Notes: generated by a model not told the origin, from the letters alone. DNA of 64,000 nt from an uncultured Fibrobacteraceae bacterium (GCA_964607825.1 CAZSNA010000004.1:14160-78159); one strand, 5' to 3'. Shown: positions 9,634 to 20,773, counted from the first letter of the stretch. Numbers and translations: made by a program.

Positions 9634-9719
9634 ATTACAAACATCGCCATAAATTGTAATAGTGTAGCGGGTTGCGCGTGAATGCGCATGAGGGCATCAG
9701 CTCGCGGGGTGTCACATGT

Positions 9720-9782
9720 TGTTATAAAAATGGAACACGCGGTGTTTCAATGTCTCGATATCGAGACAATCACCGCGTGTTC
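9720..9782. promoter_or_regulatory. Candidate enhancer (UAS) for a sigma54 activator
   Basis: Perfect palindrome TGTCTCGATATCGAGACA (9751-9768). A second TGT-N12-ACA lies at 9720-9737. Flanking 12-bp IR GAACACGCGGTG / CACCGCGTGTTC. Confidence 0.65.
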
Positions 9783-9871
9783 GATCATTCGATTCATGAC
9801 GCCGCCGCCCCGGGAATCCGAGGCCGTGCCGCCGTCTCGTCGCCCGGGACCGATCGGCCGCCAGCGGACGA

Positions 9872-10201
9872 CTAGTCCTCGCCGCCCTCGCGGATGAGGT
9901 CGTAGGGCGTGTCCACGTTCGCGACGAGCGCCTTCATCTCCTCGACGTCGAACGCGCGCATGGTGTTGGTCCGCACGTTGCCGAGAGAGGACAGGGAATA
10001 GGCGAAGGCCGCCGCGGCCTTGTCGTCCTCGGCCTCGAAGAAGTGCACCAGATCGTAGCTGCCCACGGTCCACAGGGTGTGCTGGATGTCGACGCCCTTG
10101 GCCTTGATCCGCTCGGCGAAGGCCTCGGCCCGGGCCGTGGTCTTGCGGAGATTCTTGATACCCGTGTCGGTGAAGGTCAGCAGGCTTACGTACTTGGCCA
10201 T
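9872..10201 (-). CDS. GYD-domain protein
   Basis: MAKYVSLLTFTDTGIKN...WTVGSYDLV...GNVRTNTMRAF pattern; AAGGGAGAAG RBS. Confidence 0.8.
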   Translation of the reverse strand: MAKYVSLLTFTDTGIKNLRKTTARAEAFAERIKAKGVDIQHTLWTVGSYDLVHFFEAEDDKAAAAFAYSLSSLGNVRTNTMRAFDVEEMKALVANVDTPYDLIREGGED

Positions 10202-10351
10202 CGGTCTTCTCCCTTGTCGTACGTTTCGAGAACTCCCTATCACAAAGTAGCACGCCCCCCCGCCGCCCGGCAAACGGATTGAGCTTCCAGGTCGTTAAAA
10301 AGATAGGTGTTACGGTGTCCTGTATCGTGGGGGACCGGTGCGCGGCGGCGG

Positions 10352-10381
10352 TTGTGCGGAGACGTGTCGATATGGTATTAT
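10352..10381 (+). promoter_or_regulatory. Possible sigma70 promoter of the qmo-dsrJOP operon
   Basis: TTGTGC-N18-TATTAT with an extended -10 TG. Confidence 0.4.
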
Positions 10382-10585
10382 CGGTTCGCATCGCGTCGGT
10401 TCAGCGCCCTGGTTCCTCATCAGCGTTGCACGCCGTTTCCCGAACGGGGATCCGCACGTCGAGGAGGGGGGCGCTCTTGCATCACGGGCCCGTACAACCC
10501 GCCGGCTTCGCGCCGTCCCGATCGATCGACCCGCCGTCCGCTTCTCACCTCGTCCTCAAAACCCGATACAGGAGTCGCGAACGCC

Positions 10586-11848
10586 ATGGACGTTAGCACA
10601 CGGCCCGTTCTGGTCATCGGTGGCGGTATCGCGGGCATGACGGCGGCGGTGGAGATCGCCGAGACGGGTCATCCCGTGATCCTGGTGGAGAAGGAGGCCT
10701 GCCTCGGCGGGCGCGTGATGCGTACGCACCGCTACTTCCCCAAGATGTGTCCGCCCACCTGCGGCTTCGAGATCAACGTGCGCCGCATCCGGAGCAACCC
10801 GCTGATCACCGTCCACACCCTGGCCACGGTGGAGGAGATCATCGGTCACCCGGGCAAGTTCAAGGCCCGCATCAAGGTCAGGCCGCGCTACGTGACCGGC
10901 GAGACCTCGCTGGACGACGCGCTCGTCGATCGTCTCGAATCGGAACGCGACAACGACTTCAACTTCGGACTGGATCGGACCAAGGCCGTCTACCGTCCCC
11001 ACGAGATGGCCTATCCCGCGCTGCATGTCGTCGACCGCGAGGCCCTGTCCGATGCGGACGCGGCCCTGCTGACCGACGCCGCCCCGCCCGGCGCCGTCGA
11101 CCTGGAGATGAAGGCGTCGGGCTTCGAGGTCATGGTGGGGGCGGTGATCGTGGCCACGGGCTGGCGGCCCTACGACGCCGGCCACCTGGATCACCTGGGT
11201 TACGGCCGCTGCGCCAACGTGGTCACCAACGTCGTGATGGAGCGGCTGGCCGCCCGCAACGGCCCCACCGGCGGCGCGATCCTGCGGCCGTCGGACGGCG
11301 AACCGCCCCGCAGCGTGGCGTTCGTCCAGTGCGCCGGCTCCCGCGACGAGAACCACCTGCCCTACTGCTCGGCCGTGTGCTGCATGGCCTCGCTCAAACA
11401 GGTCCGCTACCTGCGCGAGAAGGTGCCGGAGGCCACCGCGACGATCTACTACATCGACATCCGCACCATCGGCCGGCTGGAGAAGTTCTACCAGGACATG
11501 CTCGAGGACGAGCAGGTCGCGTTCATCAAGGGCAAGGTGGCGCTGATCGAGGAGGATGCGGGCACCGGCGAGCTGCGGCTCGACGTCGAGGACACGCTGG
11601 CGGGGGAGACCGGGCATCCGCGCTTCGACATGGTCGTCCTGGCCACCGGCGTGGTCCCCGAAACCGACGACCTCGCGCTGCCCGAGGAGATGCCCGCCGA
11701 CGCGTACGGCTTCTTCGACGGCACGGCCGATTGCCCCGGCGTCTTCGCGGCGGGCTGCGCCCGTCATCCCTGCGACGTGTCCCGCGCCACCAAGGAGGCG
11801 GCGGGCGCCGCGCTCAAGGCGATCCAGTGTCTGTACGGAGGAGATTGA
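10586..11848 (+). CDS. qmoA: QmoA (HdrA-like flavoprotein)
   Basis: GGGIAG FAD motif, YFPKMCPPTCG, FVQCAGSRDENHLPYCSAVCC, AALKAIQ; 420 aa. Confidence 0.88.
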   Translation: MDVSTRPVLVIGGGIAGMTAAVEIAETGHPVILVEKEACLGGRVMRTHRYFPKMCPPTCGFEINVRRIRSNPLITVHTLATVEEIIGHPGKFKARIKVRPRYVTGETSLDDALVDRLESERDNDFNFGLDRTKAVYRPHEMAYPALHVVDREALSDADAALLTDAAPPGAVDLEMKASGFEVMVGAVIVATGWRPYDAGHLDHLGYGRCANVVTNVVMERLAARNGPTGGAILRPSDGEPPRSVAFVQCAGSRDENHLPYCSAVCCMASLKQVRYLREKVPEATATIYYIDIRTIGRLEKFYQDMLEDEQVAFIKGKVALIEEDAGTGELRLDVEDTLAGETGHPRFDMVVLATGVVPETDDLALPEEMPADAYGFFDGTADCPGVFAAGCARHPCDVSRATKEAAGAALKAIQCLYGGD

Positions 11849-11852
11849 GCCC

Positions 11853-14126
11853 ATGGCGGACAAGATCGGCGTCTTCATCTGCACAGGTTACGGCATCGCC
11901 GAGGCCCTCGACGTCGAGGCCCTGACCAAGGTCGCCACGGACGAATGCGACGCGGCCTTCTGCCGCACCGTGGAAACCTGCGAGGGCTCCGACCTCGACG
12001 CCATCCTCGCGGACATCGCGCGCGAGGAGCTGGACGGGGCCGTCATCGCCGGCATCTCGGGGCGCCGCTACGAGCCGGCCGTCCTGCCCGCGGACGTGGT
12101 GATCGAGCCCCTGGCCCTGCGCGAGCACGTGGTCTGGTGCCAGCCGCCCGGCGAGGAGGACACCCAGATGCTGGCGGAGGACTACCTCCGCATGTACGCG
12201 GCCAAGGTCGGCAAGATGTCCGTGCCGGAACCCTTCGCGCCGGAGGAGGAGATCGACCGGACCGTGCTGGTGGTCGGCGGCGGCGTGACCGGCCTGACCG
12301 CGGCCCTCGAGGCGGCCCGCGCCGGCTACGAGGTGCGGCTGGTCGAGAAGTCGGACCGGTTGGGCGGCTGGCTGGCCCGCCAGCACAGGTCGGTGCCCAC
12401 GCGCCCGCCCTACCGCGAGCTGGAGGAGACGGGCGTCGAGGCGCTGGCGGCCGCGGTGGAGGGCCACGACCGGATCCGCGTGCACACCTCGGCGGTCACG
12501 GGCGCCATCGTCGGCGCGCCGGGCCTCTTCGACGTGACCCTGCACGCGGCGGACGACGCGGCCGACGCGCCCGCGGCGCTGGATGCCTTCCGCGTCGGCG
12601 CCGTGATCCAGGCCACCGGCTGGACCCCCGTCGATCCCCGTCCGGACCTGCCCTGGGGCGAGGTTCCCGACGTGGTGCTGAACGTGGACCTGGAGGAGAT
12701 GGTCGGGGCGGGCGGCGACCTGGTCCGTCCGTCCGACGGGCGGAAGATCGAGCGCGTGGCCTTCGTGCAGTGCGGCGGCCGGCGCGACCCGGAGCACCAC
12801 TCCTACTGCTCGTCCATCTGCTGCCGCAACTCGCTCAAGCAGGCCCTCTACCTGCGCGAGCGCAGCGACGACGCCAAGGCCTACATCTTCTACGAGTTCA
12901 TGCGTACGCCCGGCCAGGCCGAGGAGTTCTACCGGCGCGTGCAGGAGGACCCCGGGGTGTTTCTCACGCGCGGCGGCGTCACCGACGTGACGCGCGACGA
13001 CGCCGGCGACCTCGTGGTCACCGTCGCCGACACCATGCTCGGCGAGCAGGTGCAGGTGAAGGCGGACCTGGTGGTCCTGGCGGCCGGCATGCGGCCCAAC
13101 GCCGCCGACGGCGAGGCCATCCGGCTCCTGGAGGACGCCAAGCTGGCCGCCGTCGAGGGGGAGTCCGAGGTGCAGCGCGAGGTCGCCGCGGCCAAGGCCG
13201 AGGAGCTGAAGGCCCACGAGGGCACCGCCATCCTCAACCTGAACTACCGCCAGGGGCCGGACCTGCCGGCCCTGGAATACGGCTTCCCCGACTCCCACTT
13301 CATCTGCTTCCCCTACGAGAGCCGGCGTACGGGCGTCTATCCCGCCGGCTGCGTGCGCTCGCCCATGGACGGCGAGGCCAGCCGCGAGGACGCCGCCGGG
13401 GCCGCGCTGAAGGCGATCCAGTGCCTGGAGATGACCGCGCGCGGCGAGGCCGTGCATCCGCGCTCGGGCGACCGCTCCCATCCCGAGTTCTTCATGCAGC
13501 GCTGCACCCAGTGCAAGCGCTGCACGGAGGAGTGCCCCTTCGGCATGCTCAACGAGGACGAGAAGGGCACGCCGCTGGTGCAGACCACCCGCTGCCGCCG
13601 CTGCGGCATCTGCCTGGGCGCCTGCCCCGAGCGCATCGTCTCCTTCGCGGACTACTCGGTGGAGATCCTCGCCTCGATGATCAAGGCCGTCGAGGTGCCC
13701 GACGAGTTCGAGGAGAAGCCGCGCATCCTGGCGCTGATGTGCGAGAACGACGCCCTGCCGGCCCTGGAGCTGGCGGCCCGGCACCGGCTGTCCATCAACC
13801 CCTTCGTGCGGGTGCTGCCGGTGCGCTGCCTGGGCTCGGTCAACGTGGAGTGGGTCAACCAGGCCGTCTCGCGCGGCTTCGACGGCGTGCTGCTCTTCGG
13901 CTGCAAGTACGGCGACGACTACCAGTGCCACTTCATCAAGGGCAGCGAACTGGCCAACGCGCGCGGCGAGAACATCCGCGAGAAGCTGGAGAAGATGGCC
14001 ATGGAGCAGGAGCGGGTGGAGATCCACCAGCTGGAGGTCGACGAATACGAGAGGCTGCCAGCGATCATCGACGCCTTCGCGGAGGTGATCGAGGAGGTCG
14101 GCATGAACCCGTTCAAGGGCATGTGA
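11853..14126 (+). CDS. qmoB: QmoB (HdrA-like FAD/Fe-S protein with MvhD-like C-terminus)
   Basis: YCSSICC, LNLNYRQGPDLP, GFPDSHFICFPYESRRTG, two ferredoxin motifs, CENDA...RCLGS...GCKYGDDYQCHF...NPFKG; 757 aa. Confidence 0.92.
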   Translation: MADKIGVFICTGYGIAEALDVEALTKVATDECDAAFCRTVETCEGSDLDAILADIAREELDGAVIAGISGRRYEPAVLPADVVIEPLALREHVVWCQPPGEEDTQMLAEDYLRMYAAKVGKMSVPEPFAPEEEIDRTVLVVGGGVTGLTAALEAARAGYEVRLVEKSDRLGGWLARQHRSVPTRPPYRELEETGVEALAAAVEGHDRIRVHTSAVTGAIVGAPGLFDVTLHAADDAADAPAALDAFRVGAVIQATGWTPVDPRPDLPWGEVPDVVLNVDLEEMVGAGGDLVRPSDGRKIERVAFVQCGGRRDPEHHSYCSSICCRNSLKQALYLRERSDDAKAYIFYEFMRTPGQAEEFYRRVQEDPGVFLTRGGVTDVTRDDAGDLVVTVADTMLGEQVQVKADLVVLAAGMRPNAADGEAIRLLEDAKLAAVEGESEVQREVAAAKAEELKAHEGTAILNLNYRQGPDLPALEYGFPDSHFICFPYESRRTGVYPAGCVRSPMDGEASREDAAGAALKAIQCLEMTARGEAVHPRSGDRSHPEFFMQRCTQCKRCTEECPFGMLNEDEKGTPLVQTTRCRRCGICLGACPERIVSFADYSVEILASMIKAVEVPDEFEEKPRILALMCENDALPALELAARHRLSINPFVRVLPVRCLGSVNVEWVNQAVSRGFDGVLLFGCKYGDDYQCHFIKGSELANARGENIREKLEKMAMEQERVEIHQLEVDEYERLPAIIDAFAEVIEEVGMNPFKGM

Positions 14127-14166
14127 CGAGACGCGCGCCGCCGCGTCGGGTCGGAGGGACAGACGC

Positions 14167-15447
14167 TTGGCCGGAGACGGACAGTCCGGACGCATCCTGC
14201 AGGTGGAGCCCGATCTCGCCTTCATCCGCAGGCTCGGCGACCGCATCGGACCCGAGTTCAAGAAGTGCATGCAGTGCGGCACCTGCGCCGCCACGTGCTC
14301 CCTCTCGCCCGAGTCCGCCGCCTTCCCGCGCAAGGAGGTGATCTGGGCCGCCTGGGGCTGGAAGGACCGCCTCGTGCGCGACACGGACGTCTGGCTCTGC
14401 TACCAGTGCAACGACTGCTCCACGCGTTGCCCCCGCGGCGCCCATCCCGGCGACATCCTGGCGGCGGTGCGCCAGGAGAGCATCATCCACTTCGCGCGGC
14501 CGCGGTTCCTGGCGCGCTGGGTCAACGACATCCGCTACGTGCCGCTGCTGCTGGCCGTCCCCACGCTGCTGCTGTTTCTGCTGCTGAAGCTGCGCGATCC
14601 CCTGGCCGCGGCCCTGGGCCTGGGCGACGGCACCGGCGAACGCATCGTCTACGCCTATTCCAGCCACTTCCCGCACTGGCTGCTCAACGGCTTCTTCCTG
14701 GGCTGCGCCGCGCTGGTGCTGCTGGGGGCCGTGCTCAGCGCCCGGCGCTTCTGGCGGGCCCTGAAGACCTCGCTGGAGCTGGACGCGGGGGCCGAGCCGG
14801 TGCAGGGCCTGTGGCCCAGTCTCGCGGCGGCCCTGAAGAACGTGGTGCGGCACGACAACTTCGCCGTCTGCAGCACGGCGCATATCCGCTACGTGTCGCA
14901 TCCCTTCTTCTTCTTCGGGTTCTTCTCCCTGTCGGCGGTCACGCTGTGGGTGATCACCTCCGGGATCAATCCCCTGATCCGGGGCGACTTCGTCTATCCC
15001 TTCGCCTTCTGGAGCCCCTGGAAGGTGCTGGCCAACCTGGGCGGGCTGGCGGTGGTCGCCGGCTGCATCCTGACCATCCGCGAGCGGCTCTTCGGCACAG
15101 CCTACAACACCGCGGGCAACTACTACGACTGGTCGCTGCTGATCGGCCTGATCCTGGTGGCGCTGACCGGCTTCCTCACCGAGATCTGGCACTACTTCCG
15201 CATGGAGCCCCACCGGCACATCGCGTATTTCATCCATCTGGTCTTCGTCTTCGCGCTGATCGTCTACATGCCCTACGCCAAGTTCGCCCACGTGGTCTAC
15301 CGCACCACCGCCCTGGTGCTGGCCGAACGCTACGGCCGCAAGCGGGAACGCCCGGCCGCGGCCGCCGACGCGCGGCGCCGGGCCCTGATCATCGGCGAGC
15401 CGCCGGCGCCGCAGGTCGATGCGGAAGAGGGGGGTGAGGAGGCGTGA
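14167..15447 (+). CDS. qmoC: QmoC (HdrC-like Fe-S domain plus heme-b membrane domain)
   Basis: CMQCGTCAATC, FPRKEVIWAAWG, WLCYQCNDCSTRCPRGA, TM helices, PYAKFAH. Confidence 0.9.
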   Translation: MAGDGQSGRILQVEPDLAFIRRLGDRIGPEFKKCMQCGTCAATCSLSPESAAFPRKEVIWAAWGWKDRLVRDTDVWLCYQCNDCSTRCPRGAHPGDILAAVRQESIIHFARPRFLARWVNDIRYVPLLLAVPTLLLFLLLKLRDPLAAALGLGDGTGERIVYAYSSHFPHWLLNGFFLGCAALVLLGAVLSARRFWRALKTSLELDAGAEPVQGLWPSLAAALKNVVRHDNFAVCSTAHIRYVSHPFFFFGFFSLSAVTLWVITSGINPLIRGDFVYPFAFWSPWKVLANLGGLAVVAGCILTIRERLFGTAYNTAGNYYDWSLLIGLILVALTGFLTEIWHYFRMEPHRHIAYFIHLVFVFALIVYMPYAKFAHVVYRTTALVLAERYGRKRERPAAAADARRRALIIGEPPAPQVDAEEGGEEA

Positions 15448-15896
15448 GCACGCTGGAGAAGATCGGCCGCGGCAAGACCATCGTGCTGGTGACCCTGCCC
15501 ATCGTGGTCATCCTGGCGCCCCTGGCCCACAGCGTCTACGACCGCGTGTCCGCGGGGGAGACGCCCACGGAGGCGCCGTTCCTGGAGTACCCCGCCGATC
15601 GCGAGGGGGGCTGCGTCCGCGACACCGAATACATGCGCTTCCACCACTGGGAGCTGTTGCGGGAGGTGCGCGACGCCTCGGTGCGGGACGGCGCGCGCGG
15701 CGGCATCACCCTCTCGGGCTGCCGCGACTGCCACCCGAGCCGCGACCGCTTCTGCAACCGCTGCCACGAGGCGGTGAGCCTGCAGCCCGACTGTTTCGGC
15801 TGCCACTACTATCCGGCCGACCCCGCGTCCGGCGACGGAGGCGAAGCCCACGGCGGCGAGGAGGTGAGGACGGCATGGACCGCAGGGACTTCCTGA
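15444..15896 (+). CDS. dsrJ: DsrJ-like membrane-anchored triheme cytochrome c
   Basis: N-terminal TM helix, CV...YMR..H..LL...RD..VR, three CxxCH (CRDCH, CNRCH, CFGCH). Confidence 0.78.
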   Translation: MSTLEKIGRGKTIVLVTLPIVVILAPLAHSVYDRVSAGETPTEAPFLEYPADREGGCVRDTEYMRFHHWELLREVRDASVRDGARGGITLSGCRDCHPSRDRFCNRCHEAVSLQPDCFGCHYYPADPASGDGGEAHGGEEVRTAWTAGTS

Positions 15897-16603
15897 GGAC
15901 CGGCGGCCTGTTCCTGGTGGGCGCGCCCACCGTGTACGGCCTGCTGGCCGCGGCCGCGCCCCGGCCGGGCGGATCCGCGGGCCTCGGCGCGCGTCGCTGG
16001 GGCCTGGTGATCGACCTGCGCCGCTGCCCCGACGGCTGCACCGCCTGCCTCGACGCCTGCCGCCGCGAGAACAACGTCGCCCTGCACGGCGACCCGCACT
16101 GGGACCTGCACTGGATCCGCAAGGTGCGGATCCGCCGCCGACACGACGAGGACGGCCCCGAGCGCGCCGTGCCCATGCTCTGCAACCACTGCGACCGGCC
16201 GCCCTGCGCCCAGGTCTGCCCGGTGAAGGCCACCTACAAGCGGAACGACGGCATCGTGATCGTCGATCACCACCGCTGCATCGGGTGCCGCTACTGCCTG
16301 ATCGCCTGTCCCTACAACGCCCGCCAGTTCAACTACCGCGAGAACGAGGACTGGCCCAACAAGGACTACCCCAAGCGCTCCCACGGCGTGGCCGAGTCGT
16401 GCCACCTCTGCGCCCACCGCCTGGACGTCGGCGAGCCGCCGGCCTGCGTGGAGGCCTGCCGGGGCGCCGACGCGGGCGCGCTGGTCGTGGGCGACCTGAA
16501 CGATCCCGACAGCGAGATCTCCCGGCTGATCGCCGGCAACTCCGTCAAGCGGCTCAGGGACGACCTGGGCACCGAACCCAAGGTCCACTACATCGGACTC
16601 TGA
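15875..16603 (+). CDS. dsrO: DsrO-like Tat-exported Fe-S protein
   Basis: MDRRDFL Tat motif, WGLVIDL, HWIR, LCNHCDRPPCAQVCP, DHHRCIGCRYC, GTEPKVHY. Confidence 0.82.
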   Translation: MDRRDFLRTGGLFLVGAPTVYGLLAAAAPRPGGSAGLGARRWGLVIDLRRCPDGCTACLDACRRENNVALHGDPHWDLHWIRKVRIRRRHDEDGPERAVPMLCNHCDRPPCAQVCPVKATYKRNDGIVIVDHHRCIGCRYCLIACPYNARQFNYRENEDWPNKDYPKRSHGVAESCHLCAHRLDVGEPPACVEACRGADAGALVVGDLNDPDSEISRLIAGNSVKRLRDDLGTEPKVHYIGL

Positions 16604-16604
16604 G

Positions 16605-17891
16605 ATGATGGAATACGACTACAGACCGATCGAGGGCCGCTCACGGGGCTACTACGCGCTCCTGACGACGTTGCTGCTGCTCATCGCGGCCGGCCTCTTC
16701 GCCACGTTCCGTCTGTCCGCCCACGGCCTCCATCTCTCGGGCATGACCAACCGCATCCCCTGGGGCCTGCAGATCGTGATGGCCGTCTTCTACATCGGCC
16801 TCTCGGCGGGGTCGCTGGTGGTGTCCGGGCTCTACGGCATCTTCGGCAAGCTGGAATACAAGCCCTTCGCGCGCATCGCCGCCTTCCTGGCCATGCTGTT
16901 CCTGGTCGCGGGCCTGCTCTCGATCATCACCGACCAGGGCCGCATCGACCGGGTGTTCGTCATGCCCTTCGCCCACGTCAATCCCACGTCCATGTTCTCG
17001 CTCAATCCCATCCTGTACTCGGGCCACATCATGATGTGCATCTTCTACATGTGGGCCCTCTTCAAGGAGAAGGGACGGCTGACCAAGGTGGTCTCGGTGA
17101 CGGTCGTGCTGTGGGCCCTCTGCGTGCACACGGGGACGGGCGCCATCTTCGCCTTCACGCCCCGGGAGCTCTACAACACCGCCCTGCTGCCGCCGAGCTT
17201 CGTGGCGGCGGCCCTGTCCTCGGGCGCCGCCCTGATGATCCTGGTGCTGACGACGCTGTTCCGGGTCACCCGGCGCTACCTGGACGTGGTGCTGGTGATC
17301 TGGCTGGGCCGGCTGCTGGCCGTGTTCATCGTCGTGGCGCTGTACGTGATCCTGATCGAGAACGCCCACCGCTTCTACCAGATCGAATCGCACGAGACCA
17401 CGGCCCACCACCTCTTCGAGGGCTACCATGCCGTCCTGTTCTGGGGCGGGCTGATCCTGGTCGGTTCGATCGTCCCGGCCCTGGTGCTGTTCAACCGGCG
17501 CACGGGCACCTCGCTGCGCTGGATCATCTTCGCATCGGTGCTGGTGGTGATCGGCGTGATCTGCGAGCGGTACCTGATCGTCCTGCCGGGGCTGGAGTAT
17601 CCGCCCGAGATCCTGCCCGGCTGGGAGATCGTCGCCTCGCCGCTGGCCGAGGGGATCGTCACCTACCGCATCAGCGGGTACGAGCTGCTGCAGGCCCTGG
17701 GGGTGATGAGCTTCATCGCCTTCATCTTCGTCCTGGGGCTGAAGTACCTGCCGGTGCTGCCCATCGAGGCGCGGGCCCACGGTCCCTCCCAGATGCTCGA
17801 GACCATGATGGGCCGGGCCTTCGGCCGGGCCGTCGAGCGGCACCGCGAACGGGCGGTGGCCCGGGGCCACATCGTCGAGGACACCGAATAG
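16605..17891 (+). CDS. dsrP: DsrP-like NrfD-family membrane protein
   Basis: GMTNRIPWGLQI, DQGRIDR, VHTGTG, many TM helices; follows dsrJO. Confidence 0.78.
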   Translation: MMEYDYRPIEGRSRGYYALLTTLLLLIAAGLFATFRLSAHGLHLSGMTNRIPWGLQIVMAVFYIGLSAGSLVVSGLYGIFGKLEYKPFARIAAFLAMLFLVAGLLSIITDQGRIDRVFVMPFAHVNPTSMFSLNPILYSGHIMMCIFYMWALFKEKGRLTKVVSVTVVLWALCVHTGTGAIFAFTPRELYNTALLPPSFVAAALSSGAALMILVLTTLFRVTRRYLDVVLVIWLGRLLAVFIVVALYVILIENAHRFYQIESHETTAHHLFEGYHAVLFWGGLILVGSIVPALVLFNRRTGTSLRWIIFASVLVVIGVICERYLIVLPGLEYPPEILPGWEIVASPLAEGIVTYRISGYELLQALGVMSFIAFIFVLGLKYLPVLPIEARAHGPSQMLETMMGRAFGRAVERHRERAVARGHIVEDTE

Positions 17892-17987
17892 CGACGCGCC
17901 GGCCGGCGCCCCTTCGGGGCTGCGCGGGCGGGTCGGTCGTGCTACGCTCGCACCGCTCGGCCGCGCGGGCCGGGCGGGAGGCGAACC

Positions 17988-19334
<1,347 letters not shown>

Positions 19335-19449
19335 GGCGCGCCCTCCGGCACCGGCAGCGGCGACTAATTCGGATTATCATGGTACAGTTTCAGTCTCCGC
19401 CTTGCCCGGGGTCCGCGCGGACTCCGTCCACACTTCCGGGGGGTAACAC

Positions 19450-20013
19450 ATGGAATTCCTGACCGTCCTCTGGCTGCCGATCCTGCTGGCCGCCGTGCTG
19501 GTGTTCATCGTCAGCTCGATCCTCCACATGGTCTTCAAGTACCACAACAGCGAGTTCAAGGCGCTGCCGGGCGAGGATGAGATCCTGGCGAACATGCGCG
19601 ACAAGGGGGTCGAGCCCGGCCTCTACGCCTTCCCGCGCTGCGAGTCCATGAAGGCGATGGGCGAGCCCGAGATGGTGGCCAAGTATGAGTCGGGTCCGGT
19701 GGGCTTCATGACCGTCGGGCCGAGCGGCCCGCCGAACATGGGACCGTCCCTCGCGCAGTGGTTCCTGTATTCGGTGCTGATCGGCTTCTTCACCGCCTAC
19801 CTCGGCTGGTTCGCCCTGGGCCGCGGCGCCGAGTACATGGACGTCTTCCGCTTCACCGGCACGGCCGCGTTCATGGCCTACGGGCTGGGCGCCCTCTCCG
19901 ACGGCATCTGGATGAAGACGCCCTGGAGCAGCGTCATGAAGCACGTCTTCGACGCGCTGGTCTACGGGCTCTGCACGGCCGGCGTCTTCGCCTGGCTGTG
20001 GCCGGAGCTGTAG
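19450..20013 (+). CDS. Conserved-looking membrane protein of unknown function
   Basis: Host-like codon usage and several hydrophobic helices. Confidence 0.7.
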   Translation: MEFLTVLWLPILLAAVLVFIVSSILHMVFKYHNSEFKALPGEDEILANMRDKGVEPGLYAFPRCESMKAMGEPEMVAKYESGPVGFMTVGPSGPPNMGPSLAQWFLYSVLIGFFTAYLGWFALGRGAEYMDVFRFTGTAAFMAYGLGALSDGIWMKTPWSSVMKHVFDALVYGLCTAGVFAWLWPEL

Positions 20014-20074
20014 GCGCTGCAACAAACGGGCGGCGATTTCGTGTTTTGACGTGGACCCGAACGAAGGACCGCGC

Positions 20075-20317
20075 ATGAGCAAGCTGGATCACGAACTCGC
20101 CGCCCGCTTCGTCTGCCCCAAGTGCGACCAGCGGGGCGCCCTCGTCGAACACGTCGCCTTCACCGGCACCGGGATCTCCCGCTGGATCGACCTGCAGCAC
20201 CGCCACTACGCCGCCGTCTCGTGCAGCCGCTGCGGCTTCACCGAGTTCTACGACCTCAAGACGCTGAAGGGGACCGACACCCTCGGCGACATCCTCGACC
20301 TCATCTTCGAGCGGTGA
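20075..20317 (+). CDS. Zinc-ribbon domain protein
   Basis: CPKC...CSRCGFTEFY; AAGGA RBS. Confidence 0.75.
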   Translation: MSKLDHELAARFVCPKCDQRGALVEHVAFTGTGISRWIDLQHRHYAAVSCSRCGFTEFYDLKTLKGTDTLGDILDLIFER

Positions 20318-20319
20318 TC

Positions 20320-20661
20320 ATGGGACGACGCGTCTATTCCTCCGACGGCGGCCGCATCTGCCCCGCCTGCGACCGCCCGGCCGACGACTGCGTCTGCGGG
20401 GGAGACCGCGCGCCCGCCGGGGACGGCGTCGTGCGCGTCCGCCGCGAGACCAAGGGCCGCAAGGGCAAGGCGGTCACGGTGGTCACGGGCGTGCCCCTGG
20501 CCGGCGTCGAGCTGAAGGATCTGGCCAGACGCCTCAAGCAGGTCTGCGGGTCGGGGGGGACGGTGCGCGGCGGCGACATCGAGGTCCAGGGGGACCACCG
20601 CGACCGGATCGTGGCGGAGCTGGCGGGTCGGGGGTGGACGGTGAAACGGGCCGGCGGCTGA
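20320..20661 (+). CDS. yciH: SUI1/eIF1-family translation factor YciH
   Basis: RRETKGRKGKAVT...LKQVCGSGGTV...IEVQGDHR. Confidence 0.9.
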   Translation: MGRRVYSSDGGRICPACDRPADDCVCGGDRAPAGDGVVRVRRETKGRKGKAVTVVTGVPLAGVELKDLARRLKQVCGSGGTVRGGDIEVQGDHRDRIVAELAGRGWTVKRAGG

Positions 20662-20773
20662 GCCGGGCCTCCGATTTCCACGCCCACCCTCTCTTTTTCC
20701 GTGTACCGGGATCACTGTTGAACTATGCTGCCCCCGTCGTCGGGAGACTGGACTCCCGCGGAGAGGAGACGCC

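Noticed and set aside
10487-10500. GG-N10-GC upstream of qmoA
   Set aside because: The -24 element is only a G-run without TGGC, so it is probably chance; a sigma70-like promoter lies upstream.
10586-17891. Conclusion that the organism is a sulfate reducer
   Set aside because: sat, aprAB, dsrAB and dsrC are not in this window, so it cannot be decided here.
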